A stretch of 64,000 nt of DNA from a virus: the IMG/VR virus record IMGVR_UViG_3300020416_000002. One strand, written 5' to 3'. The position numbers were made by a program, and so were the translations under genes. Below the pieces are notes generated by a model. It saw only the letters and a program-made list of their open reading frames with translations. It was not told the DNA's origin and ran no database searches. Below are positions 39,657-48,669 of the stretch, piece after piece (within the stretch, counting starts at the first letter, position 1; the number at the start of each line of letters is the position of its first letter).

Positions 39657-40847
39657 TTATTTAGTGACAGTAGAGATAGCAGGCAAACCTTGATTGAAAA
39701 TAGTATCAACAACTGCTTCAACTTTGCGAGCAGTGGATACACCTACATTAGAGTAAACTGGGACACATACGAGACCGAATACTTTAGTCTCATCACCTTT
39801 ACGAATAACTCTACCGATTGTTTGACTGATACCTATGTAATCCATAGAACGCAAAAACAATACTGCTTCAAGTCCATTGACATTGATACCTTCTGAGAGT
39901 ATGCTGTGATGGAGTACAACAAAACGAGTTTTGTCTTTACCCCATGCATTTAGTTGCTCAAAGAACTTGTCACGATTGACTTTTTTACCATTGATGATTG
40001 CACCAGTTTTTGCTGTGATGTACATCCAATTGTAACCACGCTGAGATAGTTCATAACAAAAATCAGTGTGAGTAACTAGATTTACAATTTGCTTAGTTGA
40101 CTTTGCACAAATGAGCACTTTATGCTTTTTGATGTTGTCAAGAGACTGCAGCATTTGCTCTGAATCTACATCAGCAACCAACTCATCTTTTTTGAGCAAA
40201 CGAGAGGTATAAACTTCTACCTTTGGTGGTAGAATGTAACCTTGATCTACAAGAAGAGGAGCGGGAACCTGACATATTACATTGCCATACACTGCTGTGT
40301 CATTCATACCTGCCTTGAAAGGTGTTCTAGAGTGTTTTGGAGTGGCAGTGAAGAAATAACAACGCTGAGCATTAGCAGCGAAATGCTCTGTAGCAGGGAA
40401 GAAGTTTTTTTGAACTGAGTTGTGTGCTTCATCAAAGTAAATAGTGTCAACATTTAGGTTAGCATCGACAACTCTACGCAAACTGTGATAAGTTGTGAAG
40501 ATGAAGCGATGGCATTGCATTTGGGAGCACATCACATCAAATAATGCGATCTGCTTTGCATTTGTTGTGCTGAAATGCTTAGTCTCACCACTGTGGATGT
40601 GTGCAGGCACGACATCAGGACGAGCAAAACCATCGAACTCTAGAAATTCCTCGCACAATTGCTGTGCAAGTAGAATACGAGGAGCAACAACAACAAATGT
40701 CAATGGATGAGTAGACTCATTCATTTTTGTAATTGCATCAGTGATCATGCATGCAGTCTTACCACCACCAGTAGGAATAATTACCTGACCTAAGTCATTG
40801 TTACTCATTGCATTGACTGCTTCAATTTGATGGGGACGAAGTTGCAT
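39657..40847 (-). CDS. SF2 (DEAD/DEAH-box, ResIII-like) helicase
   Basis: LRPHQ, PTGGGKT, DEAH, TAT and QTIGR motifs. Confidence 0.9.
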   Translation of the reverse strand: MQLRPHQIEAVNAMSNNDLGQVIIPTGGGKTACMITDAITKMNESTHPLTFVVVAPRILLAQQLCEEFLEFDGFARPDVVPAHIHSGETKHFSTTNAKQIALFDVMCSQMQCHRFIFTTYHSLRRVVDANLNVDTIYFDEAHNSVQKNFFPATEHFAANAQRCYFFTATPKHSRTPFKAGMNDTAVYGNVICQVPAPLLVDQGYILPPKVEVYTSRLLKKDELVADVDSEQMLQSLDNIKKHKVLICAKSTKQIVNLVTHTDFCYELSQRGYNWMYITAKTGAIINGKKVNRDKFFEQLNAWGKDKTRFVVLHHSILSEGINVNGLEAVLFLRSMDYIGISQTIGRVIRKGDETKVFGLVCVPVYSNVGVSTARKVEAVVDTIFNQGLPAISTVTK

Positions 40848-40869
40848 AAACCTTGATTGCTATACATGT

Positions 40870-40927
40870 ATTATGACATAAAAAAAGCACCCTGTAAAGG
40901 GTGCTGTGCCACTTCAAAGACTGTCTA
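40870..40927 (-). promoter_or_regulatory. Early promoter with palindromic element and terminator hairpin
   Basis: GTGCCAC-N8-CTGTCTA; AGCACCCT-TTAC-AGGGTGCT+T6; CATAAT 30 nt from the element. Confidence 0.7.
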
Positions 40928-41056
40928 GAACAGGACTGCCCATACCCAAACAACAACAAGAGTATAAATCAGGAAGTTACGCTGTTCCTTGACAGACTCA
41001 CTCTTTTGAACGGCATCAAATAATTCTGCCTTAGTGTTCTTGAGTGATAGTTTCAT
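40925..41056 (-). CDS. 43-aa C-terminally anchored membrane peptide (not in ORF track)
   Basis: MKLSLKNTKAELF..FLIYTLVVVWVWAVLF, directly downstream of the structured RNA. Confidence 0.6.
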   Translation of the reverse strand: MKLSLKNTKAELFDAVQKSESVKEQRNFLIYTLVVVWVWAVLF

Positions 41057-41082
41057 AAAGCAAAGTATGTAAGTGTGAGATA

Positions 41083-41284
41083 AATGTGGTTAAGAGAGTG
41101 GGGCAATGATCTGGGTTTCACCCATGTTGCCCAAATTTACCCTATGGGAATCGCTTACACCTGTACCCCTACTGAACTAGCAAGTAATCATATAAGGAAT
41201 CTTAGTAGGATAACCCCACAATCCAAAATGATTGAACCCTTGCTATCGTTCGGGCATAGGAACCACATATCCCTTAACCACATT
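41083..41284 (-). ncRNA. Candidate ~200-nt structured non-coding RNA or cis-regulatory leader
   Basis: Perfect 12-bp terminal inverted repeat, several nested helices, and an early promoter placing the TSS at the 5' arm. Confidence 0.7.
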
Positions 41285-41287
41285 CTT

Positions 41288-41345
41288 ATTATAGCAAGTC
41301 CATGTCCTTACGCTGGTGACCTTGTGACACTTTATCAACTGTCTC
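41288..41345 (-). promoter_or_regulatory. Early promoter with palindromic element, driving the RNA
   Basis: GTGACAC-N8-CTGTCTC 30 nt from TATAAT (41288-41293). Confidence 0.75.
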
Positions 41346-41480
41346 CCACCAAGGGTGTTTCCACTCGGCACTAACTGGTTTCTCCCATGTGTCAGAATTA
41401 CTTTCTACCCACCTTTTTAGAGCGTAATATCTATCCTTCCATGTTTGTGCTTCCTCCTTTAAGATTTGCTCTGTGTTCAT
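41289..41480 (-). CDS. Hypothetical protein
   Basis: 63-aa ORF. Confidence 0.55.
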   Translation of the reverse strand: MNTEQILKEEAQTWKDRYYALKRWVESNSDTWEKPVSAEWKHPWWETVDKVSQGHQRKDMDLL

Positions 41481-41668
41481 AGTTGATCTGAGATTAAAAG
41501 TGATGGATTGCCAAGTTGAACTTCGATTTCATCGAAAATTCTTTCAAGAGTGTTTGACATATTATTGTAACCAGTTCCAACATAGATTTGACCCACTACC
41601 ACTGCAGCAGTGCAAATACCCCAGAACCTATAATATGCTGATGATTTGATTTGATTTTTTTTAGACAT
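41477..41668 (-). CDS. Small membrane protein
   Basis: AGGAGG RBS; YYRFWGICTAAVVVGQIYVGTGY. Confidence 0.7.
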   Translation of the reverse strand: MSKKNQIKSSAYYRFWGICTAAVVVGQIYVGTGYNNMSNTLERIFDEIEVQLGNPSLLISDQL

Positions 41669-41714
41669 GAAAAAAGACCTCCTATTTCATTATTATATCA
41701 CATTCAAAACCGAT

Positions 41715-41894
41715 TTATTTATTATACCTGTGTTCTAGCATGATCCTGTAGAAATGATCTCTCATTGTCAATAGATCTTCTTGTTCCATGGGATCTCCTC
41801 CTGCCCATTTACTACATGCCTGAGTGAGACCAGTGTGGATAACCCTAACTGCCTCTATTGGCAATTCTAAATGATAATACTCTTCTTCCTCCAT
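41715..41894 (-). CDS. 59-aa conserved hypothetical protein (not in ORF track)
   Basis: MEEEEYYHLEL..KWAGGDPMEQEDL..FYRIMLE. Confidence 0.65.
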   Translation of the reverse strand: MEEEEYYHLELPIEAVRVIHTGLTQACSKWAGGDPMEQEDLLTMRDHFYRIMLEHRYNK

Positions 41895-41920
41895 GATTAC
41901 TCATTCAAAAAATCTATTTA

Positions 41921-42649
41921 TTACACATGCAAATGAAACATCATACCATGATATCCTGAATTATATTTCTTACCTGATCCCTTCATTTGTAAATGAAACA
42001 TTTTCTTACCATCTTCATCCCTGAATTCTAGAGTTGTGTTGTTCATTGTCCACTTCCCTCCTTCAATTCTCCTGAGCATTGCAACAACTGACATCATTCT
42101 GATCATTTCAGATCCTTTTCTATGCCATATGACAGTATCAACGGCATCACCTTCAAAACCTCTAGTAACAATCACATCAAATAATGATACTTTATTTTTG
42201 TTGATCCACTTCAAAAATGCGTTGCAAACCTTCTTATCTATGTTATCACGATAAATCCTATTCTGTCTCTTTTCAGCGTCACTCAGAGCGATTTCAGGGT
42301 GCTTAGACTCGACAATAGAGACACATTCCTTATTAGGATAACCGAAGAATTGTCTGATAAATGTCTCACTAAGTGTGCCCTTGAGTTTAAAATGTTTTAT
42401 AAATTTCTCTGCTGATAATAATGCTACTTGAGTATGATTTTTTGATGCACTCTTTACTGAATACTTTCTATTACTAATAGTCTCCATGATATCCACCTTA
42501 GTGCATGGTCTCCCATCAACTTTATGATCACCACCAAATAATTCATCAAATGTAGCAGCAAGACGATGTTCAAATTCATGACCATCTTTTTTTGCTTTTC
42601 TTCCTGCTACTGCTCTGGTTGTCATTTCTGATCTCTTAGGTATCTTCAT
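41921..42649 (-). CDS. PD-(D/E)XK-superfamily endonuclease-like protein
   Basis: GHEFE..TKVD..YSVKS pattern and HLQMKG. Confidence 0.65.
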   Translation of the reverse strand: MKIPKRSEMTTRAVAGRKAKKDGHEFEHRLAATFDELFGGDHKVDGRPCTKVDIMETISNRKYSVKSASKNHTQVALLSAEKFIKHFKLKGTLSETFIRQFFGYPNKECVSIVESKHPEIALSDAEKRQNRIYRDNIDKKVCNAFLKWINKNKVSLFDVIVTRGFEGDAVDTVIWHRKGSEMIRMMSVVAMLRRIEGGKWTMNNTTLEFRDEDGKKMFHLQMKGSGKKYNSGYHGMMFHLHV

Positions 42650-42689
42650 ATTAGTGTATTAAATTATGATATGGTGCAATGGTGGACAG

Positions 42690-44090
42690 TTATTTAACTG
42701 ACCTTATATCAAATGTTAGTTCACCATGCACTTCTTTTAAATCTATATGAGGAACTATTAGTGGGAACTTATCAGCATAATCAGCACCAAAACCATAAGC
42801 ACACTCTACAAAATCTTTATAGTTACCTGCAAAATTGGGTAGGTCATGTCCAATATATTCATGTATTCTACCATAGATAAAATCTTGAGTTAATTTAGGA
42901 TCATCTGCAATAATATTATAAAAGTCATCAGTAAAGTTTTGATCTTCATTTAATATAGTAAAATTCATAATATCTTTATTGTTTAATAAATCCCTAGAAT
43001 CTTTACTAATAGTTCTCCAGAATGGTGAATCATACTTAGAACCAAAACTATACATCCATGCTGCGTTTTTATACCAGTCATCAACAACTGTTGAATAATA
43101 CCAGTCATTTAAATGATTAACTAGATTTTGATTATGGGGATCTTCATCAAGTACATAATCACATATTTTATCTGACATGTAATCATAATACATGCCTGCC
43201 AAAGATTCTAATGGATCAATAAATCCAATAGCATTACCATTGCGAAGATATCTACCACTGTGATGCACCATATACTTTGATAATCTAGGTGTCCATGTAA
43301 ATTTCTTGTACGGATAACCTAGTGACTCAGGAATTATAGTTCTAAAATCTTTTAGTGCCTCCTCTTCAGTTGTAATATTATCATTATAAGTATATCCAAA
43401 TGTTCTCCTTGACTGTAATGGTATTCCAAACATCCACCCATTTTGATGAGCATATGTTATAGTACAACCCCAATCTGCTGGTTCGGGTAGTCTTAATGCT
43501 AATACAGTATTTACAGATACGAACTTAGAATCAAAGTAATAATCATCATGTAATAATGACTTACCACCAGTGCAATCAATAACAAAATCAAATCGTTTTT
43601 GATATAACTCAGATTTAGATGATGATAGATAAACACCATCGGGAGTAAACTTTATATCTGTTATATTCTCATCCCTTAGTGATAAGTTAGGTGTAAATTT
43701 TGGTAGATATTCTAAAAAGAATTCACTAAAATATCTTGTATCAAAATGCATACCCACTGAGTGTGGATCTAACCATCTAACAAAATTGCGTTTTTTACCC
43801 CATCCAATAAACTTATTACCAAACTTAATTGTGGCATCAAAATACCTCTTAAAATGAGGAGCAACCATGGTTGTGGTATTTGATATTTGTGATGGTAGAT
43901 CAGGTGTAGTTGACTCACCTATACCAAATATACTGATATCTGAGTCATATATCCATGTCAATTCTGTCTCAACCTGACGATTTTGCCAGTTTTTGCTGTT
44001 AGGTTCAACCTCTATTGCTCTCTCATCAATTAATCTTAATAGGCAATTGATACCAACAACGCCTGCACCCAATACTGCTATTTTTCTCAT
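42690..44090 (-). CDS. Tryptophan-halogenase-like (PrnA family) flavoprotein
   Basis: GAGVVG, GIGESTTP, ATIKFG, DCTG, GWMFGIPL and GFIDPLES motifs. Confidence 0.85.
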   Translation of the reverse strand: MRKIAVLGAGVVGINCLLRLIDERAIEVEPNSKNWQNRQVETELTWIYDSDISIFGIGESTTPDLPSQISNTTTMVAPHFKRYFDATIKFGNKFIGWGKKRNFVRWLDPHSVGMHFDTRYFSEFFLEYLPKFTPNLSLRDENITDIKFTPDGVYLSSSKSELYQKRFDFVIDCTGGKSLLHDDYYFDSKFVSVNTVLALRLPEPADWGCTITYAHQNGWMFGIPLQSRRTFGYTYNDNITTEEEALKDFRTIIPESLGYPYKKFTWTPRLSKYMVHHSGRYLRNGNAIGFIDPLESLAGMYYDYMSDKICDYVLDEDPHNQNLVNHLNDWYYSTVVDDWYKNAAWMYSFGSKYDSPFWRTISKDSRDLLNNKDIMNFTILNEDQNFTDDFYNIIADDPKLTQDFIYGRIHEYIGHDLPNFAGNYKDFVECAYGFGADYADKFPLIVPHIDLKEVHGELTFDIRSVK

Positions 44091-44091
44091 A

Positions 44092-45474
44092 TTAATATGT
44101 TTTATATCCTATAGTTCCAAATTTTTCTGGTGGATAGCAATAGTCTAACGCACTAAAACGATCTGCATAAGGAGCACCTAATCCAGTTGCTAACTCAGAG
44201 AATAATGTACGATCATTCATTATAACAAATGGCACGACTTTATGTCTACCGCTTACATCGTCCTCCTCATCACTGTGTATAAGTGCTTTGTAATCTTCAT
44301 CAGTCCATTTATCATTTAACACCTCATCTAACCAAGGTTTTCCTGGAAAGAATGATGGATGTAAATATCTCTCTTGAGATAGATATTCTCTCGCTTGTGC
44401 TTTAATATTTTTCCAAAACTTTGTATTAAATCTTGAACCATACATGTACATGAATGACAACATTGCTTGATAATCCATTGCCAATAGTTCATAGTATGTT
44501 TCTTCAATATGATTTACAATTTTTTGTCTTCCCTTCTCTTTTTCATTAATTAAATGAGTATACATTCCAATTGAATCACACATAATATGAACACATTCAT
44601 TATGAGTTGCAGTTAATGGCATAATATCAATTAATGCAGCACCATTTCTAATATATCTACCAGTATGAGGACAAACACAATAATTAGATACTCTAGGCAC
44701 CCATGTTCTCTTCTTAAACTTCCATGTACTCACATCATCATCAGGAAATGCATCCTGAATATCTTTCATAATTTCTTCATCAGTTGTATCTTTACGATGC
44801 ACTGAGTCATACATGTATATCCATAACTGTCTACTCTTAAGAGGAATACCAGTCATGTGACCATATTTACCTGCATACTCAATACAATAATCCCAATGAC
44901 CCGCTTCTGGTTTCTCTAGAATAATAGCAGTATTTACTGGTCTAAGACTGGGATCACCAAATGCATGAGGATCAAAGAGTGGATTTTTTTCTGTACAATC
45001 AATAACAAAATCATAGAACTCACCATTGATCTTTGCACCACTCTCATTGATAACAACAGAGTCAATCTGTTGTTCTATAATCTTTACACCATTACCAAAA
45101 CACTGTCCACCATCTTTTAACATTTCATTTCTAAACATTTCAATGTCAATAAACTCTGCAGTTTGTGAATGAAATGATAATTGAAAATTCTTATTACCCT
45201 GACCCCATCCAATATATTTGTACCCATGACAATCTCTAGCATCAGCATATTTTTCCATCCACCTTTTAGTTAAATTTGTAACTACCTGTAGATCATCAAA
45301 AAATGCAGGATTTGTACCTGACATCATTTCATTGTAAACTTTGTCAGGATCATGAATCAGCACATATTCATCATCTTTGAACATGCTGTGCAATCTATAC
45401 TTTGATTGTTGTAAAGATGCTAACTGCACAAATCCTGCAGCACTAGCACCAACAACGGCAATTCTTCTACTCAT
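44092..45474 (-). CDS. Degenerate tryptophan-halogenase-like paralog
   Basis: GASAAG, YIGWG, DFVIDCT, GIPL, GRYIRNG and YGSRF..FW motifs. Confidence 0.75.
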   Translation of the reverse strand: MSRRIAVVGASAAGFVQLASLQQSKYRLHSMFKDDEYVLIHDPDKVYNEMMSGTNPAFFDDLQVVTNLTKRWMEKYADARDCHGYKYIGWGQGNKNFQLSFHSQTAEFIDIEMFRNEMLKDGGQCFGNGVKIIEQQIDSVVINESGAKINGEFYDFVIDCTEKNPLFDPHAFGDPSLRPVNTAIILEKPEAGHWDYCIEYAGKYGHMTGIPLKSRQLWIYMYDSVHRKDTTDEEIMKDIQDAFPDDDVSTWKFKKRTWVPRVSNYCVCPHTGRYIRNGAALIDIMPLTATHNECVHIMCDSIGMYTHLINEKEKGRQKIVNHIEETYYELLAMDYQAMLSFMYMYGSRFNTKFWKNIKAQAREYLSQERYLHPSFFPGKPWLDEVLNDKWTDEDYKALIHSDEEDDVSGRHKVVPFVIMNDRTLFSELATGLGAPYADRFSALDYCYPPEKFGTIGYKTY

Positions 45475-46031
45475 GATTTATATTTTACTGTAGGTGTATT
45501 TAGAAAATTAATGTTAATCAACATACGGCGACCACTGACAGGTGGTGAACCTGCATGTCTACAATTTGATGGGAATTGTATTAATCTACCTTGCTTAGGC
45601 GTAGTAACATCAAGAATACTGTCCATATGGTTAAACAGATATGTATCTCCACTACTTTGGTGTGGATAATATATAAAACTAATTGCATTAGGATTACTAT
45701 TATCTATGTGTGGTGCATAATGTTTGGGTGCATCGGGAATTGGCACCTGTAATATCGCTCTGCTTCTATAGTGATAAGCAGTAGGGCATATTTCATCTTT
45801 AATTTTAGATAGTAATCCGCATAACAGATTGTGTAATAGATGATCATTAACATTTTCTTGATCATCAAATATTCCATGCACAAATTGAGAGTAACCTCTG
45901 TCACTCTCATCCATATTATCCTGATATATCCAATGAGTATCAGGACTAGAAATAAAATCTTTAATTACATGCTGATAAGATGGTGATATAAAATCATCAT
46001 ATACTTTAATCAGGGGGGAGTTCTCCGTCAT
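45471..46031 (-). CDS. 2OG-Fe(II) oxygenase-like protein
   Basis: PHID, IYY..SGDT, PKQGR, HAGS and R motifs. Confidence 0.8.
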   Translation of the reverse strand: MTENSPLIKVYDDFISPSYQHVIKDFISSPDTHWIYQDNMDESDRGYSQFVHGIFDDQENVNDHLLHNLLCGLLSKIKDEICPTAYHYRSRAILQVPIPDAPKHYAPHIDNSNPNAISFIYYPHQSSGDTYLFNHMDSILDVTTPKQGRLIQFPSNCRHAGSPPVSGRRMLININFLNTPTVKYKS

Positions 46032-46287
46032 ATGGAATTGATAATGGAACTACTTTCTCATTAAGAGAGATTTTTAAATCTTCCCACACATCAGGATCTT
46101 CAAAATTCTCTTCAACATTATCTATAAACCCTTTGAGATCCCTGATTAGTTTCCAACATTCATCTACCTCTAGTCTCTCTTCTGGTGATAGATCATTAAA
46201 TCTGCCCATACGAGCATAATAATCGTACTTAGCAGTTACATATTCTCTAATCTTGATAAAATCCTTAAAGGTTGCAGTTACTGCCAT
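46006..46287 (-). CDS. Hypothetical protein
   Basis: 93-aa ORF. Confidence 0.65.
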   Translation of the reverse strand: MAVTATFKDFIKIREYVTAKYDYYARMGRFNDLSPEERLEVDECWKLIRDLKGFIDNVEENFEDPDVWEDLKISLNEKVVPLSIPYDGELPPD

Positions 46288-47441
46288 GATTTGATTACTG
46301 ATATATTCGCTCTACGAAACTCGTCATCAACTAGTTTTAGAGCATTGCCATTATATGATACCACATAACCCTCATGATGTGAAGGTGCATTGTTTACAAA
46401 TGTTTTGATATCAGAAACTTTGTTTAGTTGACTGATAAGCATTTTCTTAGCAAGACGAATAGACAGGTAAGATGCAACGGTAAAATAGATATCCATTTCA
46501 TATTTTACGATGAACGCAAGACCTTGACGCTTCATGTCAGTATACTTGTCTTTACCTTTTTGAGATTTTTTACTAGCAATCTCCTTGTCCATTGCATCAG
46601 AAAAGAACTTTGCAAAATCACTAGCAACAGTCTTTGTACTGATTAGTACCTTGCCTGCACGAACTTGCTGATTGAAGAACTGTTTGAATAGCGATGCCAT
46701 GACAAATCTAGACTGACCATACTGCTGAATGATGTCAAGAAACTTAGATGAACGCTTGAGAGATCCTTGTGCTCTGTTGATGATAGCAGTATACTTAGCA
46801 GAATCACGAACATCAAAATTAGATATACCTGAATAGTCAGAACTTGCTACCCATACATCATTGGTGCTCTCAATAACTGGAATAGTATTGTATACAGCAG
46901 TTGAATTAGCAATTGTATCACCCTTGTACACTGTATGAAATACAATACCTAACTGAGATACAATAACCTTGACACCTTTAGGTGTATTTGCCTTTACAGC
47001 ATATCTGAGAGCATTAGGTTGGAATGTAATATATTGCTGATTACCAATAGTGCCCCATGCTTTATCTGACTCAGTATAGAGCAAGTCACCTTGAACGATA
47101 CCTGTAATGTTAAGTTGTGGCAAATAAAGAAGACATGCCTTTAACTTAGAACTGAGTTCTGATACACCATAGAAATTATCAATATCATCATTTGTGTAGC
47201 AAACTTTAGGATTAGTTTTGTTGAATACTGATTTAGTACCAACAAAGAACTTACCATTGAGAGGGTCAGTGCCACATATGATAGCAGGAGCACCGTCCCA
47301 TTTAGTACTGATAGATAAATTACTGTTACGACCGCTCAACTTATTACCGAACTGCTTTAAGAAGTCAACAACCTCAAAACCACCAGCAGTGCCAGCGTTG
47401 AGGATATTATCTTCTAGATGCTCTAGGTGTGTGTTTTTCAT
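46278..47441 (-). CDS. Ligase/nucleotidyltransferase-like protein (DUF6267-like)
   Basis: Start re-called at MKNTHLEH; KWDG (motif I), EGYV (IV) and LKLV (V). Confidence 0.75.
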   Translation of the reverse strand: MKNTHLEHLEDNILNAGTAGGFEVVDFLKQFGNKLSGRNSNLSISTKWDGAPAIICGTDPLNGKFFVGTKSVFNKTNPKVCYTNDDIDNFYGVSELSSKLKACLLYLPQLNITGIVQGDLLYTESDKAWGTIGNQQYITFQPNALRYAVKANTPKGVKVIVSQLGIVFHTVYKGDTIANSTAVYNTIPVIESTNDVWVASSDYSGISNFDVRDSAKYTAIINRAQGSLKRSSKFLDIIQQYGQSRFVMASLFKQFFNQQVRAGKVLISTKTVASDFAKFFSDAMDKEIASKKSQKGKDKYTDMKRQGLAFIVKYEMDIYFTVASYLSIRLAKKMLISQLNKVSDIKTFVNNAPSHHEGYVVSYNGNALKLVDDEFRRANISVIKSWQ

Positions 47442-47447
47442 ACCCAT

Positions 47448-47504
47448 ATTATAGTCCATAACAGGGGGTTTGGGGGATTTAGTGGACAGTTTGACAGGTG
47501 TCAT
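47448..47504 (-). promoter_or_regulatory. Early promoter with palindromic element; leaderless start
   Basis: TGGACAG-N8-GTGTCAT; TATAAT 6 nt before the ATG. Confidence 0.7.
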
Positions 47505-48052
47505 CGGAACGGTTTTCCTGCGAGGTGAGCAACCATAGACCTCCTGACTCCACGAGTAACAGGTGTAATCCTATGTAGGCAAAAACTAGGAAATACTATC
47601 AGTGTTCCCTTATCTCTAGGTAAATCATCAAACAATTCAGTATGATGTATTTCTAAGTTACCACCGTCATATTCATCTGATTCACTAAGTTGTAAAGAGA
47701 ATCCAATCTTTCTTGATGGTGCATCATCACTAAGATCATTATCTACATGCCAATTGTAATGACATCCATCACTTTCATATTTAATATATTGTAAATTTTC
47801 AAATCCATCTGCCTCAAAACGATACCATTTATGATTAATTTCTCTACCTATATCACCAACACGATTATAAATCCACTCAACACCCTCATCAAAATTTATA
47901 AATGAGTTCCATGATTTTCTAATAGGATTTAATGAGTTAACATCAATACCAGACTCAAGTAAACCAATACTCTCACCAATTTGAGTTATAGTATCACATT
48001 CCTCTTTAGTAAATGCATTTGCTATGCAGTGTGGGTCAATTCTTGGGTTCAT
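47501..48052 (-). CDS. 2OG-Fe(II) oxygenase (P4H/PKHD-type)
   Basis: WHVD, YDGG, FPS..HRITPVTRGVRRS. Confidence 0.9.
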   Translation of the reverse strand: MNPRIDPHCIANAFTKEECDTITQIGESIGLLESGIDVNSLNPIRKSWNSFINFDEGVEWIYNRVGDIGREINHKWYRFEADGFENLQYIKYESDGCHYNWHVDNDLSDDAPSRKIGFSLQLSESDEYDGGNLEIHHTELFDDLPRDKGTLIVFPSFCLHRITPVTRGVRRSMVAHLAGKPFR

Positions 48053-48053
48053 A

Positions 48054-48653
48054 TTATTTAAATGGTGGTCCGACTAACCATACAACTAAACTTTTTCTAA
48101 CTCCAGAAGTTACTGGTGTGACTTGATGTAGTGTATAACTGGGAAAAGCAATCACTAATCCTTTTTGTTTTGGTGCAGTCTTTAAACTTTGTGAGTGTAA
48201 TTGAAAATCACCACCCTCATACTCATCAGGATTTGATAATTGTATTGTTAGTGACAACTTACGAGAGGGTGCATCACTTTTTGTATGACCATCAATGTGC
48301 CATCCATAAAATGATCCATCACAATCATACCTAGTATACTGTAAATCCTCATTGAACCCACTGATATCAAACCTCCAGTGCAATCCATTAAGATTTCTAG
48401 ATATATTACCTATTCTATCATATAACCACTTAGTATTGTTATTTAACTCTATCCATGAATTCTGTGATTGTCTAATCGATTTATTACTTACATTTCTATT
48501 GACTGTATCTGCACCAACAACAGATGATATTAAGTTATTGGACTCACCTAAACGGATTATCTCATCACATTCTGACTCTGTAAACCCATCCTCCCAAGTT
48601 GCATAATCAACTTCATCATATGTAGGATGAGGTAATAAAGGATAAAATGACAT
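48054..48653 (-). CDS. 2OG-Fe(II) oxygenase (P4H/PKHD-type), tandem paralog
   Basis: WHID, RKLS, YEGG, FPSY..HQVTPVTSGVRKSLV. Confidence 0.9.
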   Translation of the reverse strand: MSFYPLLPHPTYDEVDYATWEDGFTESECDEIIRLGESNNLISSVVGADTVNRNVSNKSIRQSQNSWIELNNNTKWLYDRIGNISRNLNGLHWRFDISGFNEDLQYTRYDCDGSFYGWHIDGHTKSDAPSRKLSLTIQLSNPDEYEGGDFQLHSQSLKTAPKQKGLVIAFPSYTLHQVTPVTSGVRKSLVVWLVGPPFK

Positions 48654-48669
48654 AATAAACTATATTTGA

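Noticed and set aside
41083-41284. Retron msr-msd, suggested by the terminal inverted repeats
   Set aside because: No reverse transcriptase in the window and no long msd-like hairpin.
34483-41345. Recurring palindromes read as a CRISPR array or integron attC sites
   Set aside because: Copies are degenerate, hundreds of bp apart and fixed relative to -10 boxes; no cas or integrase gene is in the window.
41084-41374. 96-aa plus-strand ORF
   Set aside because: Antisense to the promoter and RNA, no RBS, and opposite to all neighbours.
47442-47504. Track-predicted N-terminal extensions of early genes (also 34459-34506, 35775-35825, 38328-38360)
   Set aside because: They run through the promoter elements; downstream ATGs fit better.
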